Of a stretch of DNA of 32,914 nucleotides, positions 15,300-23,577 are shown piece after piece; the stretch's first letter is position 1, and the number at the start of each line of letters is the position of its first letter. Both the position numbers and the translations under genes were made by a program. Under the pieces are notes generated by a model that worked only from the letters and a program-made list of their open reading frames with translations, was not told the origin of the DNA and did no database searches. The DNA is taken from IMG/VR virus record IMGVR_UViG_3300043493_000106, positions 1 through 32,914 of that record. The stretch is one strand, 5' to 3'. Source of the DNA: a virus. Taxonomy: Duplodnaviria; Caudoviricetes.

Positions 15300-15980
15300 T
15301 CACTCCTCCTCGTCCCGCGGGTTTAGCTCGCCTGGGTTGTGCTCGATGGTGCGGATCTCGGGTTCGGCGGGCCGAATAACGTTTCCAGCGATTTGCTTGA
15401 ACAGTTCTTGCAGGGGCGAATCGAGGCCGATTGTCACCTTGTCGCTGAACGCATTTACTTTGATGTGCTTGCCCAATAGTTCCAGTCGCCGGGCGCGGTC
15501 GACCAGGACGACATCCACCTGCTGGCCTATCTCCTCGGAGCGGTTGGCGCCGCGTCCGTAAAGCGTCGTGGTGCGTATCGTGCTGACGAGTCCGCGTCGC
15601 CAAACTTCCGGCCAGGATCTCACCGGCTTAAGCTGATGCGTGACCGGGTCGTAAAGGTCGCCGGCATCGGCGTTCACCTCTTCCAAAAGGCGCCGCAAAA
15701 CGAAGTCCGAATCGACCTTCAAATCGGCAGCGCGCAAGGCTTGTAGCTCAGCCACACGGGCCTGGATTCTGGAATCTACTAGCAAGGCTGGACCTTGCCT
15801 GGACGCATAGGCTGGGGTGTACCCGGCACGCTTCGCGGCCTGGGTAGCGTTCAGATCAACCAGATACTCCAGGACGAACCGTTCTTGCAGCCGTGTAAGC
15901 GGCTTGACGTCCCCGCTGCGGGCCGTAGACGGGCCGCCAGCGCGTTTCGTGGCCTTGGGTGGGGGAATATGCCGGTTCAT
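15300..15980 (-). CDS. terS: Terminase small subunit
   Basis: LTRLQERFVLEYLVDLNATQAAKRAGY...LELLGKHI (Terminase_2 pattern); ATG 15980 overlaps the upstream stop. Confidence 0.92.
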   Translation of the reverse strand: MNRHIPPPKATKRAGGPSTARSGDVKPLTRLQERFVLEYLVDLNATQAAKRAGYTPAYASRQGPALLVDSRIQARVAELQALRAADLKVDSDFVLRRLLEEVNADAGDLYDPVTHQLKPVRSWPEVWRRGLVSTIRTTTLYGRGANRSEEIGQQVDVVLVDRARRLELLGKHIKVNAFSDKVTIGLDSPLQELFKQIAGNVIRPAEPEIRTIEHNPGELNPRDEEE

Positions 15981-16339
15981 GCCTCTCGCGCGTCCTGGGG
16001 CGCCACCGCCGACGAAAGCACGGCCATCCCAGGCCATTCCTTCCACCGCGCAAATCGTGGCGTGCCTGCGCTGTCGTCAACCGTAAGCCCGGCGCCGCGC
16101 TCGATGACAGCGATCAAGCCAATCATCCCGTCGCGATGCCGGAACCCGATGCGCCCCACCGCACCATGCTCGCGCAGCACACGACACGCCTCCAGGTCGG
16201 CATTGATCGCTGAACGAACAATCTCGGCGCCATCGAGCGTCACCCGATAAGGCTGGCCGCGCTCGCGGGCGGCGCCTGTCGGCTCGATATCCGCCACATA
16301 GTCGAGCGTCACTGATCTGCCGCGTATCGTCACTTGCAT
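15977..16339 (-). CDS. Conserved hypothetical phage protein
   Basis: GGAGG SD; ACRVLREHGAVG...IERGAGLTVDD...PRFARW pattern. Confidence 0.7.
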   Translation of the reverse strand: MQVTIRGRSVTLDYVADIEPTGAARERGQPYRVTLDGAEIVRSAINADLEACRVLREHGAVGRIGFRHRDGMIGLIAVIERGAGLTVDDSAGTPRFARWKEWPGMAVLSSAVAPQDAREA

Positions 16340-16375
16340 CGCTTTTGCCTCCTGGTTGCGGGGCCAGGACGCTAG

Positions 16376-16412
16376 CACAAACGAAAGCGCCCGGCACGAT
16401 GTGCCGGGCGCT
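16376..16412 (-). terminator. Rho-independent terminator
   Basis: Perfect 12-bp stem AGCGCCCGGCAC/GTGCCGGGCGCT followed on the minus strand by TTCGTTTG; ends the early leftward operon. Confidence 0.65.
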
Positions 16413-16433
16413 GCTGCGGATCTCGATGGCGGA

Positions 16434-16622
16434 TCAGAACTCGTAAGTGCCCTCGCCATCGGGGAAGTCCTTGCGCACCTGAACGTGCAATTCCTCGCGC
16501 TCGTCCTCCTCGTACTGGTTGCGCACCCATGAGATGGCATGGCTCAAGGTCGGGAAGGTGCAGATATCGCACTCGCCCTCATAGCCGGCGTTCTCGACCA
16601 CGGTGTAACCTACGTTGCTCAT
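16434..16622 (-). CDS. Hypothetical protein
   Basis: MSNVGYTVVENAGYEGE... 62 aa; GGAGG SD. Confidence 0.7.
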   Translation of the reverse strand: MSNVGYTVVENAGYEGECDICTFPTLSHAISWVRNQYEEDEREELHVQVRKDFPDGEGTYEF

Positions 16623-16813
16623 AGCAAGCCCTCCTTCCTGAATTGCTCGAGCTGACGGACCAGCCGGTTGTGCTCGCCGACGATGCCGGCGGCGGTCTGC
16701 TCGCTCAGCCTGGGCGGACAGACGGTGTATCCCTGCGCGGTGACGATCGCCGCGCGCCTGTGCTCGACGCTCCAATGGTAGCGCCATGTGAAGTCCTCGC
16801 GATCGCTGCTCAT
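16619..16813 (-). CDS. Hypothetical protein
   Basis: MSSDREDFTWRYHW... 64 aa; AGGAG SD; ATGA overlap. Confidence 0.6.
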   Translation of the reverse strand: MSSDREDFTWRYHWSVEHRRAAIVTAQGYTVCPPRLSEQTAAGIVGEHNRLVRQLEQFRKEGLL

Positions 16814-17616
16814 GCTGCTAGCTCCTGTGGCTGGAAATGCCCGGCGGTGGCGCCGTGAGCGATGATGACCATCGAGACCTTGGCCTTTGCCGACAGTCCG
16901 CCGCATGCGCGACAGGTCGCGCAATCGGTCCGTTTGCCTGCCTCGGCGGATGCCGGGCAGATCGCCTCGCGCTTGGCCAGGACAGGCTCGGACGCATGCC
17001 TGACGCGGAAAGTGCGCCAACCGGCCGCGTGCGCTGCCTCTAGCTCGAGCACGCTATCGGCGCTGGCCATGCACAGGAAGCGGAACGCTGCGAAGCGTGG
17101 GTCGCGCCATTGGTGCGTGTAGCCATTGATCGCCGCCGCCTTGACGGTGGCGCGCCTCCAAAGCGGATACGGCGCCGCGACGGGGTCGCCATAGGTGCCT
17201 GCGCGGAACGCCAGCCCTTCGAACAGGTCCGGCAATATCGCCGGGTCATAGTCGATGCCTGGGCGGGCATAGCGGCCGTTCAGGAAGGCGCCCCACACCG
17301 CCATGACGCTGCGCCCCACGTTGACGTAGCAGGTGCGCTTGCGCTTGCCTTTGACGATGCGCGGGCGGTGCTGGCAGTCGCCGCAGATGCTGACGTCCTG
17401 GCCGGTGTTCAACGCGGTGATGGGGTCAACGTCGCTGCGGATCACGAACGACTGCGTCATGGCGCCGGTCTTGGCGTTGTCGCTGGCTGTGGTGATGCGG
17501 TTGACGATGACCACGACCGGCGCGCCATCCAGCGCGCTCGGTCCTTCGTAGAGAATGATCCCGCACCACGTCCCCTTGCGCAGGGCGGCGCGCATAGCTG
17601 CTGCTGTCTTGATCAT
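16810..17616 (-). CDS. Cys-rich Gp88-like / radical-SAM-like phage protein
   Basis: 268 aa; NAKTG, ICGDC...CY, RAGTYGDP, GYTHQW, CPAS...CATCRAC...AHG motifs. Confidence 0.65.
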   Translation of the reverse strand: MIKTAAAMRAALRKGTWCGIILYEGPSALDGAPVVVIVNRITTASDNAKTGAMTQSFVIRSDVDPITALNTGQDVSICGDCQHRPRIVKGKRKRTCYVNVGRSVMAVWGAFLNGRYARPGIDYDPAILPDLFEGLAFRAGTYGDPVAAPYPLWRRATVKAAAINGYTHQWRDPRFAAFRFLCMASADSVLELEAAHAAGWRTFRVRHASEPVLAKREAICPASAEAGKRTDCATCRACGGLSAKAKVSMVIIAHGATAGHFQPQELAA

Positions 17617-17620
17617 GATC

Positions 17621-17655
17621 GTGTTTCCTGTTTCGCGTTTCGTGTTTCGTGTTCG
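17621..17655 (-). repeat. 7-nt periodic A-rich leader repeats
   Basis: mRNA GAACAC GAAACAC GAAACGC GAAACAG GAAACAC immediately before ATG 17616. Confidence 0.7.
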
Positions 17656-17659
17656 CTGA

Positions 17660-18565
17660 TTATGGGCGCCCGGTGCTGTCAGGCGCGCGGCGGTACGCTG
17701 TGGCAACGGCGCGAGCATCAGACCATGCACGCCGCCGGAGGATCTCGAAGGCGCAATCACGAAAGATCGCTGCCGTCTCGGCCGGGCTATCGCCGGCCAT
17801 CCAACAATCGTGGGCATGATCGAGGCTGTAACCGTCGGTGACTTGGTTGCCGTCCAGGTCCTCGATGCCTAGCTCGCGCTCTACCGCCGCGCAGAACGCG
17901 AACCATGCGACATCGCTGGTGTCATCGGCGCCGCTCTCATAGGCGATGTTCTCATCGCTGAACGGGTGATCGGACAGATCGACCTCGGCGGTCTCAAGTG
18001 CCGGGGTCGGGTCCATGACGGTAGCCACGAGATTCGCGTCATTGATCATCGCGTCCAGCGTCTCGATCGGGAAGGTTTTCACCGGCGTGACGGTGATGCG
18101 GAACAACGGATGGATGCCCCAGGTATCGACCAGGGTGAGCACACGCTGCGCATCGTGCCACTCGGACGCTATCACGCGCGCCGCCTTCAACGCCCGGCGC
18201 CGATCGCCGTAGGCCGCGTAAACGTAGTTCCCGACGACGAGCACATAACGAATGGCGCGCTCCTCGCGATGCCGCTTGACGTCGGCAACGGTCGACTCGT
18301 GTTCGAGGGCGAGCACGGTGTCGGTGTCCTGCGGCTCGGCCTGGATGTCGTAGCAGCCGTGCTCCTGCAGCATGCCGACGATGGCATCGTAAGGCGTTGC
18401 GTAGCTGCGGCTGCAGCCGAAGCCGGTCAGGCTGACGTAGTAGCGGTCGGCCTTGCCTTCGCCCTGGCGATCGATCTTGACGGTGGCGGGCGTGTTCTCG
18501 CGACGCCAGGACGGCGCGACGTGGTCGCAGGAAACCAGGAAGTGCAGTGCGGTGGACGTGGTCAT
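17660..18565 (-). CDS. Hypothetical multidomain early protein
   Basis: 301 aa; AAGGAGG SD; first gene after the 18632-18660 promoter. Confidence 0.75.
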   Translation of the reverse strand: MTTSTALHFLVSCDHVAPSWRRENTPATVKIDRQGEGKADRYYVSLTGFGCSRSYATPYDAIVGMLQEHGCYDIQAEPQDTDTVLALEHESTVADVKRHREERAIRYVLVVGNYVYAAYGDRRRALKAARVIASEWHDAQRVLTLVDTWGIHPLFRITVTPVKTFPIETLDAMINDANLVATVMDPTPALETAEVDLSDHPFSDENIAYESGADDTSDVAWFAFCAAVERELGIEDLDGNQVTDGYSLDHAHDCWMAGDSPAETAAIFRDCAFEILRRRAWSDARAVATAYRRAPDSTGRP

Positions 18566-18631
18566 TCGGGTGGCCTCCTTGGCCGGGTTGGTGGTCTCGC
18601 CGGCCCGATCGACGACCGGGCCTGGATGTGG

Positions 18632-18660
18632 TCATAGTGCCACATGACGAGGGGAGTCAA
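18632..18660 (-). promoter_or_regulatory. Sigma70-type promoter (leftward early operon)
   Basis: TTGACT-N17-CTATGA with an A-rich upstream tract; overlapped by a GTCAT-N8-ATGAC palindrome. Confidence 0.65.
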
Positions 18661-18735
18661 CCCCTTATTTTGCAAGGCTTTGCCGGTCCTGGCCGGCCGC
18701 GCTCGTCGGCGCGCTCGGGGCGGGCGCGCTCGCGC

Positions 18736-18819
18736 GCCCTCGAGCGCGCGCGCGCGCGCGCGAGGGCCGCCTTCGACAAGTTTGGCGAGCCGAACCCTAA
18801 CTCAAGTTTGGCGAGCCGA
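18736..18819. repeat. (GC)9G tract inside an inverted repeat plus a 17-bp direct repeat
   Basis: GCCCTCG...CGAGGGC flanks alternating GC at 18744-18762; CAAGTTTGGCGAGCCGA at 18777-18793 and 18803-18819. Confidence 0.8.
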
Positions 18820-19206
18820 TTACTGACGGGCGAGGGGCGCCGGGTGACGTATCGGCCTGATCACGCAACCTGGGTCGATGCGCGTCGCCTGCGCTTCCAG
18901 TTTCCTACGCACGAGATCCGGCTTGCTGGTGCACGTCTCACACAAACCGTACGCCACATTCTGCAAACCTTCTTCAATGCCGCCACCGCCGCGCACGATC
19001 TCGTTGAGGACAATCCCTGCGGGTGGCAGCGCCATGCTAAAATCTCGACGGCACTGAAAACAAGCGAGCGGTGGTGTTCGCCGACCGTGTGCCGTGTCCC
19101 ACGCCTCTTTGAGAAGCGGCAGGATGGCCGCCTCGCCGAAATGTTCGATAGCCATGTCGATCGGCATGACGTGACGTATGGCGTGATACTTGAAATCACT
19201 CGACAT
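18820..19206 (-). CDS. Hypothetical protein with CxxC...CxxC zinc-binding motif
   Basis: MSSDFKYHAIRH...CFQC...CETC; start uncertain. Confidence 0.55.
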   Translation of the reverse strand: MSSDFKYHAIRHVMPIDMAIEHFGEAAILPLLKEAWDTAHGRRTPPLACFQCRRDFSMALPPAGIVLNEIVRGGGGIEEGLQNVAYGLCETCTSKPDLVRRKLEAQATRIDPGCVIRPIRHPAPLARQ

Positions 19207-19354
19207 CACTGCGCGGCGACGCTCACGCCGGCCTGCTGAACTTTTGGTCACGGTCTCGTTTTCCTCTCTCCGGTTGGGCACCCTCGCGCGGGCGCGCGTG
19301 GGCGTGCATCGCGCGCCTGCGCGCGCATAGAGGCGTACACATACACCTGTTCAC

Positions 19355-19545
19355 GTTGTGTACTCATTTTATGTGTTTTTATTATTATCTTCATATGACC
19401 TCCCTCACCTCACTCGATACGATTGAACACCATGCACAACAATGGTTTGAGGCCGAGGGAGGCACCTCCCTCACCAACCCGCCTTATCTCACTCACCTCA
19501 CTCGCCTGAGGGAGGTTTTGAGGGAGATCGGTGAGGGAGGTTTTT
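19355..19545. promoter_or_regulatory. Putative replication origin (AT-rich block plus iterons)
   Basis: AT-rich 19355-19397 next to CCTCCCTCA (19399, 19465), CTCACTC variants and inverted TGAGGGAG (19507, 19519, 19532) at the 3' end of the primase-helicase gene. Confidence 0.65.
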
Positions 19546-22068
19546 CATGGCTTCCGCGAGCTTCTCGTCGTGGTCTTGCCTACCCTCTTTTGACACTTCA
19601 CGAACACTGCTTTTTGTGATTTCTCCTTGCAATGTATCGCTGTCCATCGCGTCGCATTCACGCTCGTGCTCACGTGATCTGACGTAAGCTCGCACTTGCC
19701 CCTCCCCGCCGACCCTGACCCGTCTTTCCTTTTTTGGCCTGATGCCTGGTAGCGACAGCCCTACCGTCATGCGTTTGAAAGCCTGCCCGAACTGCACCTG
19801 CCCACTGGTTGATCGCAACAGGTCCGGGTCTTCGACCAGTATGCGTGTTCCCGTCAGCACCTGCGCCCGTGTGAAAGCCTTGCCGCCCATCCCGTTGAGG
19901 GTTTCACGCACTGCGCGATCGACCTCGCCGAGTGACTGTTCGACCATCCGTTCACGCGCCTCTGTGACCATCGGCACGGCCATTGGGTTGTAGTGCGACA
20001 CGTCGCGCGCCATGAGGAAACGATCGAGCGCGGCGATGTTGCCTGGCTGCTTCATCCAGCTGTCCATCTCCATTGCCATCGCCTCGCTCATCTTCTCGCC
20101 GTTCGACAGGATCAGGTAGCGGCGGTCGCTGGCCGGTATCCTGAAGGCGTTGCCGTGGTTGCTGGCGATCAGGTAGGTGCAATTGAGCATCGCCTCGCGT
20201 GGCTTGCCATACTTGGCGCGCACCGTCGCTCGGCGCGCGTCGATGTCGATCATCGACTTGGAGTGCTCGTAAACGCTACGCCCGCCGATGAAGCCGCTGT
20301 TGCTGCTTTCCTTGCTCTCTTCGATGAACGCCATTACCAGGTCGGCCTGCCAGTCGGTGTAGGTCGCTTGGTTGGATATGCCTGCGAAGATCTCGAAATC
20401 GATGATCTTGGCGTAGCGCCACCCGAACAGCCGGATCAGGATCTTGAACAGCGTGCCGCGGCCCGTTCCGCTCTGCTCGTCGCCGAGGTTCTCCTCTGAT
20501 TCCGCGACCATGACGATCGCCGGGCCGGGGATCGCCGACGCCTGCCGTTTCTTGGCGAGCGTGTCCTGGTAGCGTTCGCGTTCCGCGGGCTTTGGTAGCA
20601 GGTGCGCCATGAAACGATGCCACGGCTCGATGTCGCCATCACCTTTGTGGTTGGGCGGTTTGTAGGTGTTCTTGAAGGTCTTGCCGCCCTCGTAGAACAG
20701 CGGCCAATCCATGTCGGGCCGCATGTCGTAACCGTCGATGGCGACCATGTCGGCGTGGCCCAGCCACACCCGCGTGGCGTAGCTCAGCACGCCCGGCCGT
20801 GCGCCGACCCTCTGCTGGCTGTACTTCTGGTAGCGATGATGGAACTCGTTGACCGACATGCCGCTGAGCGGGTCGACGTCATATTTCGGCATCACGAGGT
20901 CGCCCTTGCAATGCACGAAATTCGCGATCATCCAGTCGAGCGCCTCTTGGAAGGTGCCGTCTCGTGCCGACGGTGGCGGCGGCGTGCCGCCCGGCGGCTC
21001 TGGGTCGGCCGCCTGCGCAGCGTCCGCCTTGGCGCGCTCCTCGCGCAGCACCGCCTTCGTCGCTTCGCTCAGCTCGACCGGAGCGGGTGGCTTGTCGTCC
21101 TCCCATCGGTACTGGCGATCGTCCATAAAGTCCTGGATGATCAGCCGCCCGCGCGGTCCGATGAAGGCGTTGCAGTGCGCCTTCGAATCCGACATCGACC
21201 AGCTCTCCCAGTCCATCAGGCCGCGCTGGCCGCTCTCCACGCCCGTCTCGAGACGTGCTTCCAGCTCCTCCAGCGTCTCTTCGTTGCCTTCTTTGCTGAT
21301 GAAGGTCATGCCCGGCACCAGGTCGTAGAAGACGCCGCCTGCCTTGGGCGCGCTGAGCGGTATCGCGGTAAGGTGCTCGGCCAGCACCGCCTCGCACATC
21401 TCGACCAGCTCGTGGATCTCGTCGTGCTCGAATACCGGCAAAGCATCCAGCCTGGTGTTCCACGGCGCCCGCTCCCCGACTGGCGCGTAGAAGCGCCCCG
21501 GCTTTTTATGTGGCCCGTCCCATGCGAAGTAGCGACCGTTGCTGGCGCCGCCGAACACCTCGACCTTCTGGCCGTTCAGCGTCTTCTTGATCGCCTTGCG
21601 GCTCTCCGGCGTCATCGCCTGCTGCAGCTGCGCCAGCAGCTCGGCGTCGGCGGTGTAGCCGTGCGTGCGCGATTGCTTGAACGGCTTGGAGACACGCCCG
21701 AAGAACGCCGTCTTGACGCCGCCGCTGGTCCGCTCGAGCGCCCCGCCCTCGGCGAAGAAGTCCGGCCACCGCGCGTACAGTCGCTCGACGATGGCGTCGT
21801 ACACCTCGGGTATATCCACATCGATGTCGATGACGAAGACGTCGCCTTCGAGCCTGATGCCGGTACCCTTGAGGTTGGGATGCGGACTGCCGCGGCGGTC
21901 CCAACCCTCGATCGCCTCGCGGTCGACCGTCATCGAGGTCCACCCCTCGAGCATGCGCTCCTTGGCCTCGCACGGCACCGGAACCCATCCGTTGTCGAAC
22001 ATGGCGAGCCGTAGCTTGCGTGCGTGGGGATTGCGGGATTTTGAGCGAGGTTGTAATGGTTGCGCCAC
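19498..22068 (-). CDS. Bifunctional primase-polymerase (Prim-Pol) fused to a P-loop helicase (DUF5906-like)
   Basis: 856 aa; N-terminal GWVPVPC...GIRL...IDIDVD; C-terminal GTGRGTL, AFIEES, IASNH, DRRY. Confidence 0.88.
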   Translation of the reverse strand: MAQPLQPRSKSRNPHARKLRLAMFDNGWVPVPCEAKERMLEGWTSMTVDREAIEGWDRRGSPHPNLKGTGIRLEGDVFVIDIDVDIPEVYDAIVERLYARWPDFFAEGGALERTSGGVKTAFFGRVSKPFKQSRTHGYTADAELLAQLQQAMTPESRKAIKKTLNGQKVEVFGGASNGRYFAWDGPHKKPGRFYAPVGERAPWNTRLDALPVFEHDEIHELVEMCEAVLAEHLTAIPLSAPKAGGVFYDLVPGMTFISKEGNEETLEELEARLETGVESGQRGLMDWESWSMSDSKAHCNAFIGPRGRLIIQDFMDDRQYRWEDDKPPAPVELSEATKAVLREERAKADAAQAADPEPPGGTPPPPSARDGTFQEALDWMIANFVHCKGDLVMPKYDVDPLSGMSVNEFHHRYQKYSQQRVGARPGVLSYATRVWLGHADMVAIDGYDMRPDMDWPLFYEGGKTFKNTYKPPNHKGDGDIEPWHRFMAHLLPKPAERERYQDTLAKKRQASAIPGPAIVMVAESEENLGDEQSGTGRGTLFKILIRLFGWRYAKIIDFEIFAGISNQATYTDWQADLVMAFIEESKESSNSGFIGGRSVYEHSKSMIDIDARRATVRAKYGKPREAMLNCTYLIASNHGNAFRIPASDRRYLILSNGEKMSEAMAMEMDSWMKQPGNIAALDRFLMARDVSHYNPMAVPMVTEARERMVEQSLGEVDRAVRETLNGMGGKAFTRAQVLTGTRILVEDPDLLRSTSGQVQFGQAFKRMTVGLSLPGIRPKKERRVRVGGEGQVRAYVRSREHERECDAMDSDTLQGEITKSSVREVSKEGRQDHDEKLAEAMKNLPHRSPSKPPSGE

Positions 22069-22106
22069 TTGATGTCGCCTTTCTTACCAGGTTGGGCCTT
22101 CATGTT

Positions 22107-22139
22107 GGCCGGGTTCGACGTTGCAAGCGTCGCCCGGCC
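22107..22139 (-). promoter_or_regulatory. Stem-loop in the primase leader
   Basis: GGCCGGG-CGACG-[CTTGCAA]-CGTCG-AA-CCCGGCC between VRR-NUC and the primase start. Confidence 0.5.
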
Positions 22140-22155
22140 GCTCTGTTTCTAGGGT

Positions 22156-22482
22156 CTAGGGTGACGCTGAAACGGACGCCCTGTCTACGCCTCCCCCAGC
22201 GTCACGGTCAACCAAATGGTCGACGTCGGCTAAGGTCTTCAGCAGCATGACCTCCGCGCCCAGCGCGCGGTAGGTAGCATGGCGTATCTTCTGGTGCCGC
22301 GACACGCGGCCGCCTTTCGGTTTCTTGCATTCCACGAACACCACGCGGCCGCCCGGCAGCACCACCAGGCGGTCGTAGAAGCCGCGCGTGCCGATCACCG
22401 TCACCTTCTCGGCGACGCCGCCCGCGGCCTGCACACGGCTGACCAGGTAGCTCTCGACGTCAGCTTCTTTTACCGTTGACAT
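22156..22482 (-). CDS. VRR-NUC domain nuclease
   Basis: KEADVESYL...GFYDRLVVLPGGRVVFVECKKPKGGRVSRHQ: PD-(D/E)xK VRR-NUC signature. Confidence 0.9.
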   Translation of the reverse strand: MSTVKEADVESYLVSRVQAAGGVAEKVTVIGTRGFYDRLVVLPGGRVVFVECKKPKGGRVSRHQKIRHATYRALGAEVMLLKTLADVDHLVDRDAGGGVDRASVSASP

Positions 22483-22504
22483 GTGTGTCATAGTGCATCT
22501 ATAC
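22476..22504 (+). promoter_or_regulatory. Sigma70-type promoter for the rightward arm
   Basis: TTGACA-N17-CTATAC at the divergence point; TGACA-N4-TGTCA palindrome over the -35. Confidence 0.7.
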
Positions 22505-22571
22505 CGATGATCTCTGAAAGCGCAAACAGGAAACAGGACATGATCGTTTTGCACCGGGCGGGAGGGTTGAC

Positions 22572-22772
22572 ATGACCCGCGTCCAGATCCCCGCCTACAC
22601 CGACCACTGGCTGCGTGGCGACCGCTACGGCGACGTCCTGCGCATCGACCACCACATCGTCAGCGTCAACGGCGACAGCATCACCACGGGCGTCGAGATG
22701 GCCAGCGTCCGCCTCGACAAGTCGGGCAAGCGCGCCCGCTTCATCCTCGACGACTGCGAGGTGATGTCATGA
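22572..22772 (+). CDS. Hypothetical protein
   Basis: 66 aa MTRVQIPAYTDHWLRGDRYG...; GGAGG SD. Confidence 0.75.
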   Translation: MTRVQIPAYTDHWLRGDRYGDVLRIDHHIVSVNGDSITTGVEMASVRLDKSGKRARFILDDCEVMS

Positions 22773-22864
22773 ACCCCATTGTCGAGCTGCTGTTCGAGAT
22801 CGGCGCTTTTTTCGCCGTGCTCTATTTCTGTGAGTGGCTGTACAACCACAGGCCACGCCAATGA
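22769..22864 (+). CDS. Small membrane peptide (31 aa)
   Basis: Not in the ORF track. MNPIVELLFEIGAFFAVLYFCEWLYNHRPRQ; GAGGTG SD; ATGA overlaps at both ends. Confidence 0.55.
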   Translation: MNPIVELLFEIGAFFAVLYFCEWLYNHRPRQ

Positions 22865-23334
22865 ACCGGCCCGAGCGCGATCTAGACGTGCGAAGGCAAG
22901 TCGCGGGGAGGGGTGGAGACGGTTTAGCGGCCGTCGGTGAAGCCTTGCCCCGCGGCGGCGCTATCCTGACGCTGTGCGTCGCCGCCGCCCTGCTGTCGTG
23001 CGATGCCAAGTCTGAGCCTCGCTGCACGATCGTCACCGACGGCACGCAGGAGATCTTCGTGCACGAGCGCGCCCACTGCCTGGGCTGGGAGCACCCTCCG
23101 TTCGAGGTCGCCTACCCGCCCAAGAAGTTCCGCCACGACTTCCCCGGCCGCCTCACGGTGATCCCCTGTGGCGGCAGCCCCAAGAACCTGCCCAAGGGAA
23201 CCGTCGTCGTGAAGGGCTGCAAATCCGCTCTCAAGATGTGCCGCAAGATGTGGGCCGAGCGTGGCATCGACATGTCGGCCAACGCATCGTCGCCGAACTG
23301 GAATTACGTCAGCGGCTGTCAGTTTTTTGAGTGA
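22861..23334 (+). CDS. Putative exported lipoprotein with an HExxHxxGxxH zinc-binding motif
   Basis: Hydrophobic AILTLCVAAALLS-C (lipobox-like), then VHERAHCLGWEH; several Cys; start uncertain. Confidence 0.6.
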   Translation: MNRPERDLDVRRQVAGRGGDGLAAVGEALPRGGAILTLCVAAALLSCDAKSEPRCTIVTDGTQEIFVHERAHCLGWEHPPFEVAYPPKKFRHDFPGRLTVIPCGGSPKNLPKGTVVVKGCKSALKMCRKMWAERGIDMSANASSPNWNYVSGCQFFE

Positions 23335-23353
23335 AACCTTCAGGAGTAAGACA

Positions 23354-23575
23354 ATGACATCGTACCGTTATGAAGTGCAGGTCGCCGGCCGTTGGTACCC
23401 GAATTCCGTATATTTCGCGACGCGCGAAGAGGCTGATGCAGCCGCCGCGTCCAAGCTGTGGAACTGGACCCAGGCCGAGGACACCCGCGTCGTCGAGAGC
23501 GACGAGCCGGCCAACTATCGTTGGGACGCCGATCGCGGCGCCATCCACATCGCAACCGAAAACACAGGAGCCTAG
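23354..23575 (+). CDS. Conserved hypothetical phage protein
   Basis: 73 aa; AGGAG SD; W..N...FATREEA...DTRVVESDEPANYRW pattern. Confidence 0.75.
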   Translation: MTSYRYEVQVAGRWYPNSVYFATREEADAAAASKLWNWTQAEDTRVVESDEPANYRWDADRGAIHIATENTGA

Positions 23576-23577
23576 AA

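Noticed and set aside
18777-18819. Direct repeats as a mini-CRISPR array, with DUF2800 as a cas4
   Set aside because: Only two 17-bp copies with a 9-bp gap; DUF2800 is a routine phage replication nuclease; no cas1/cas2.
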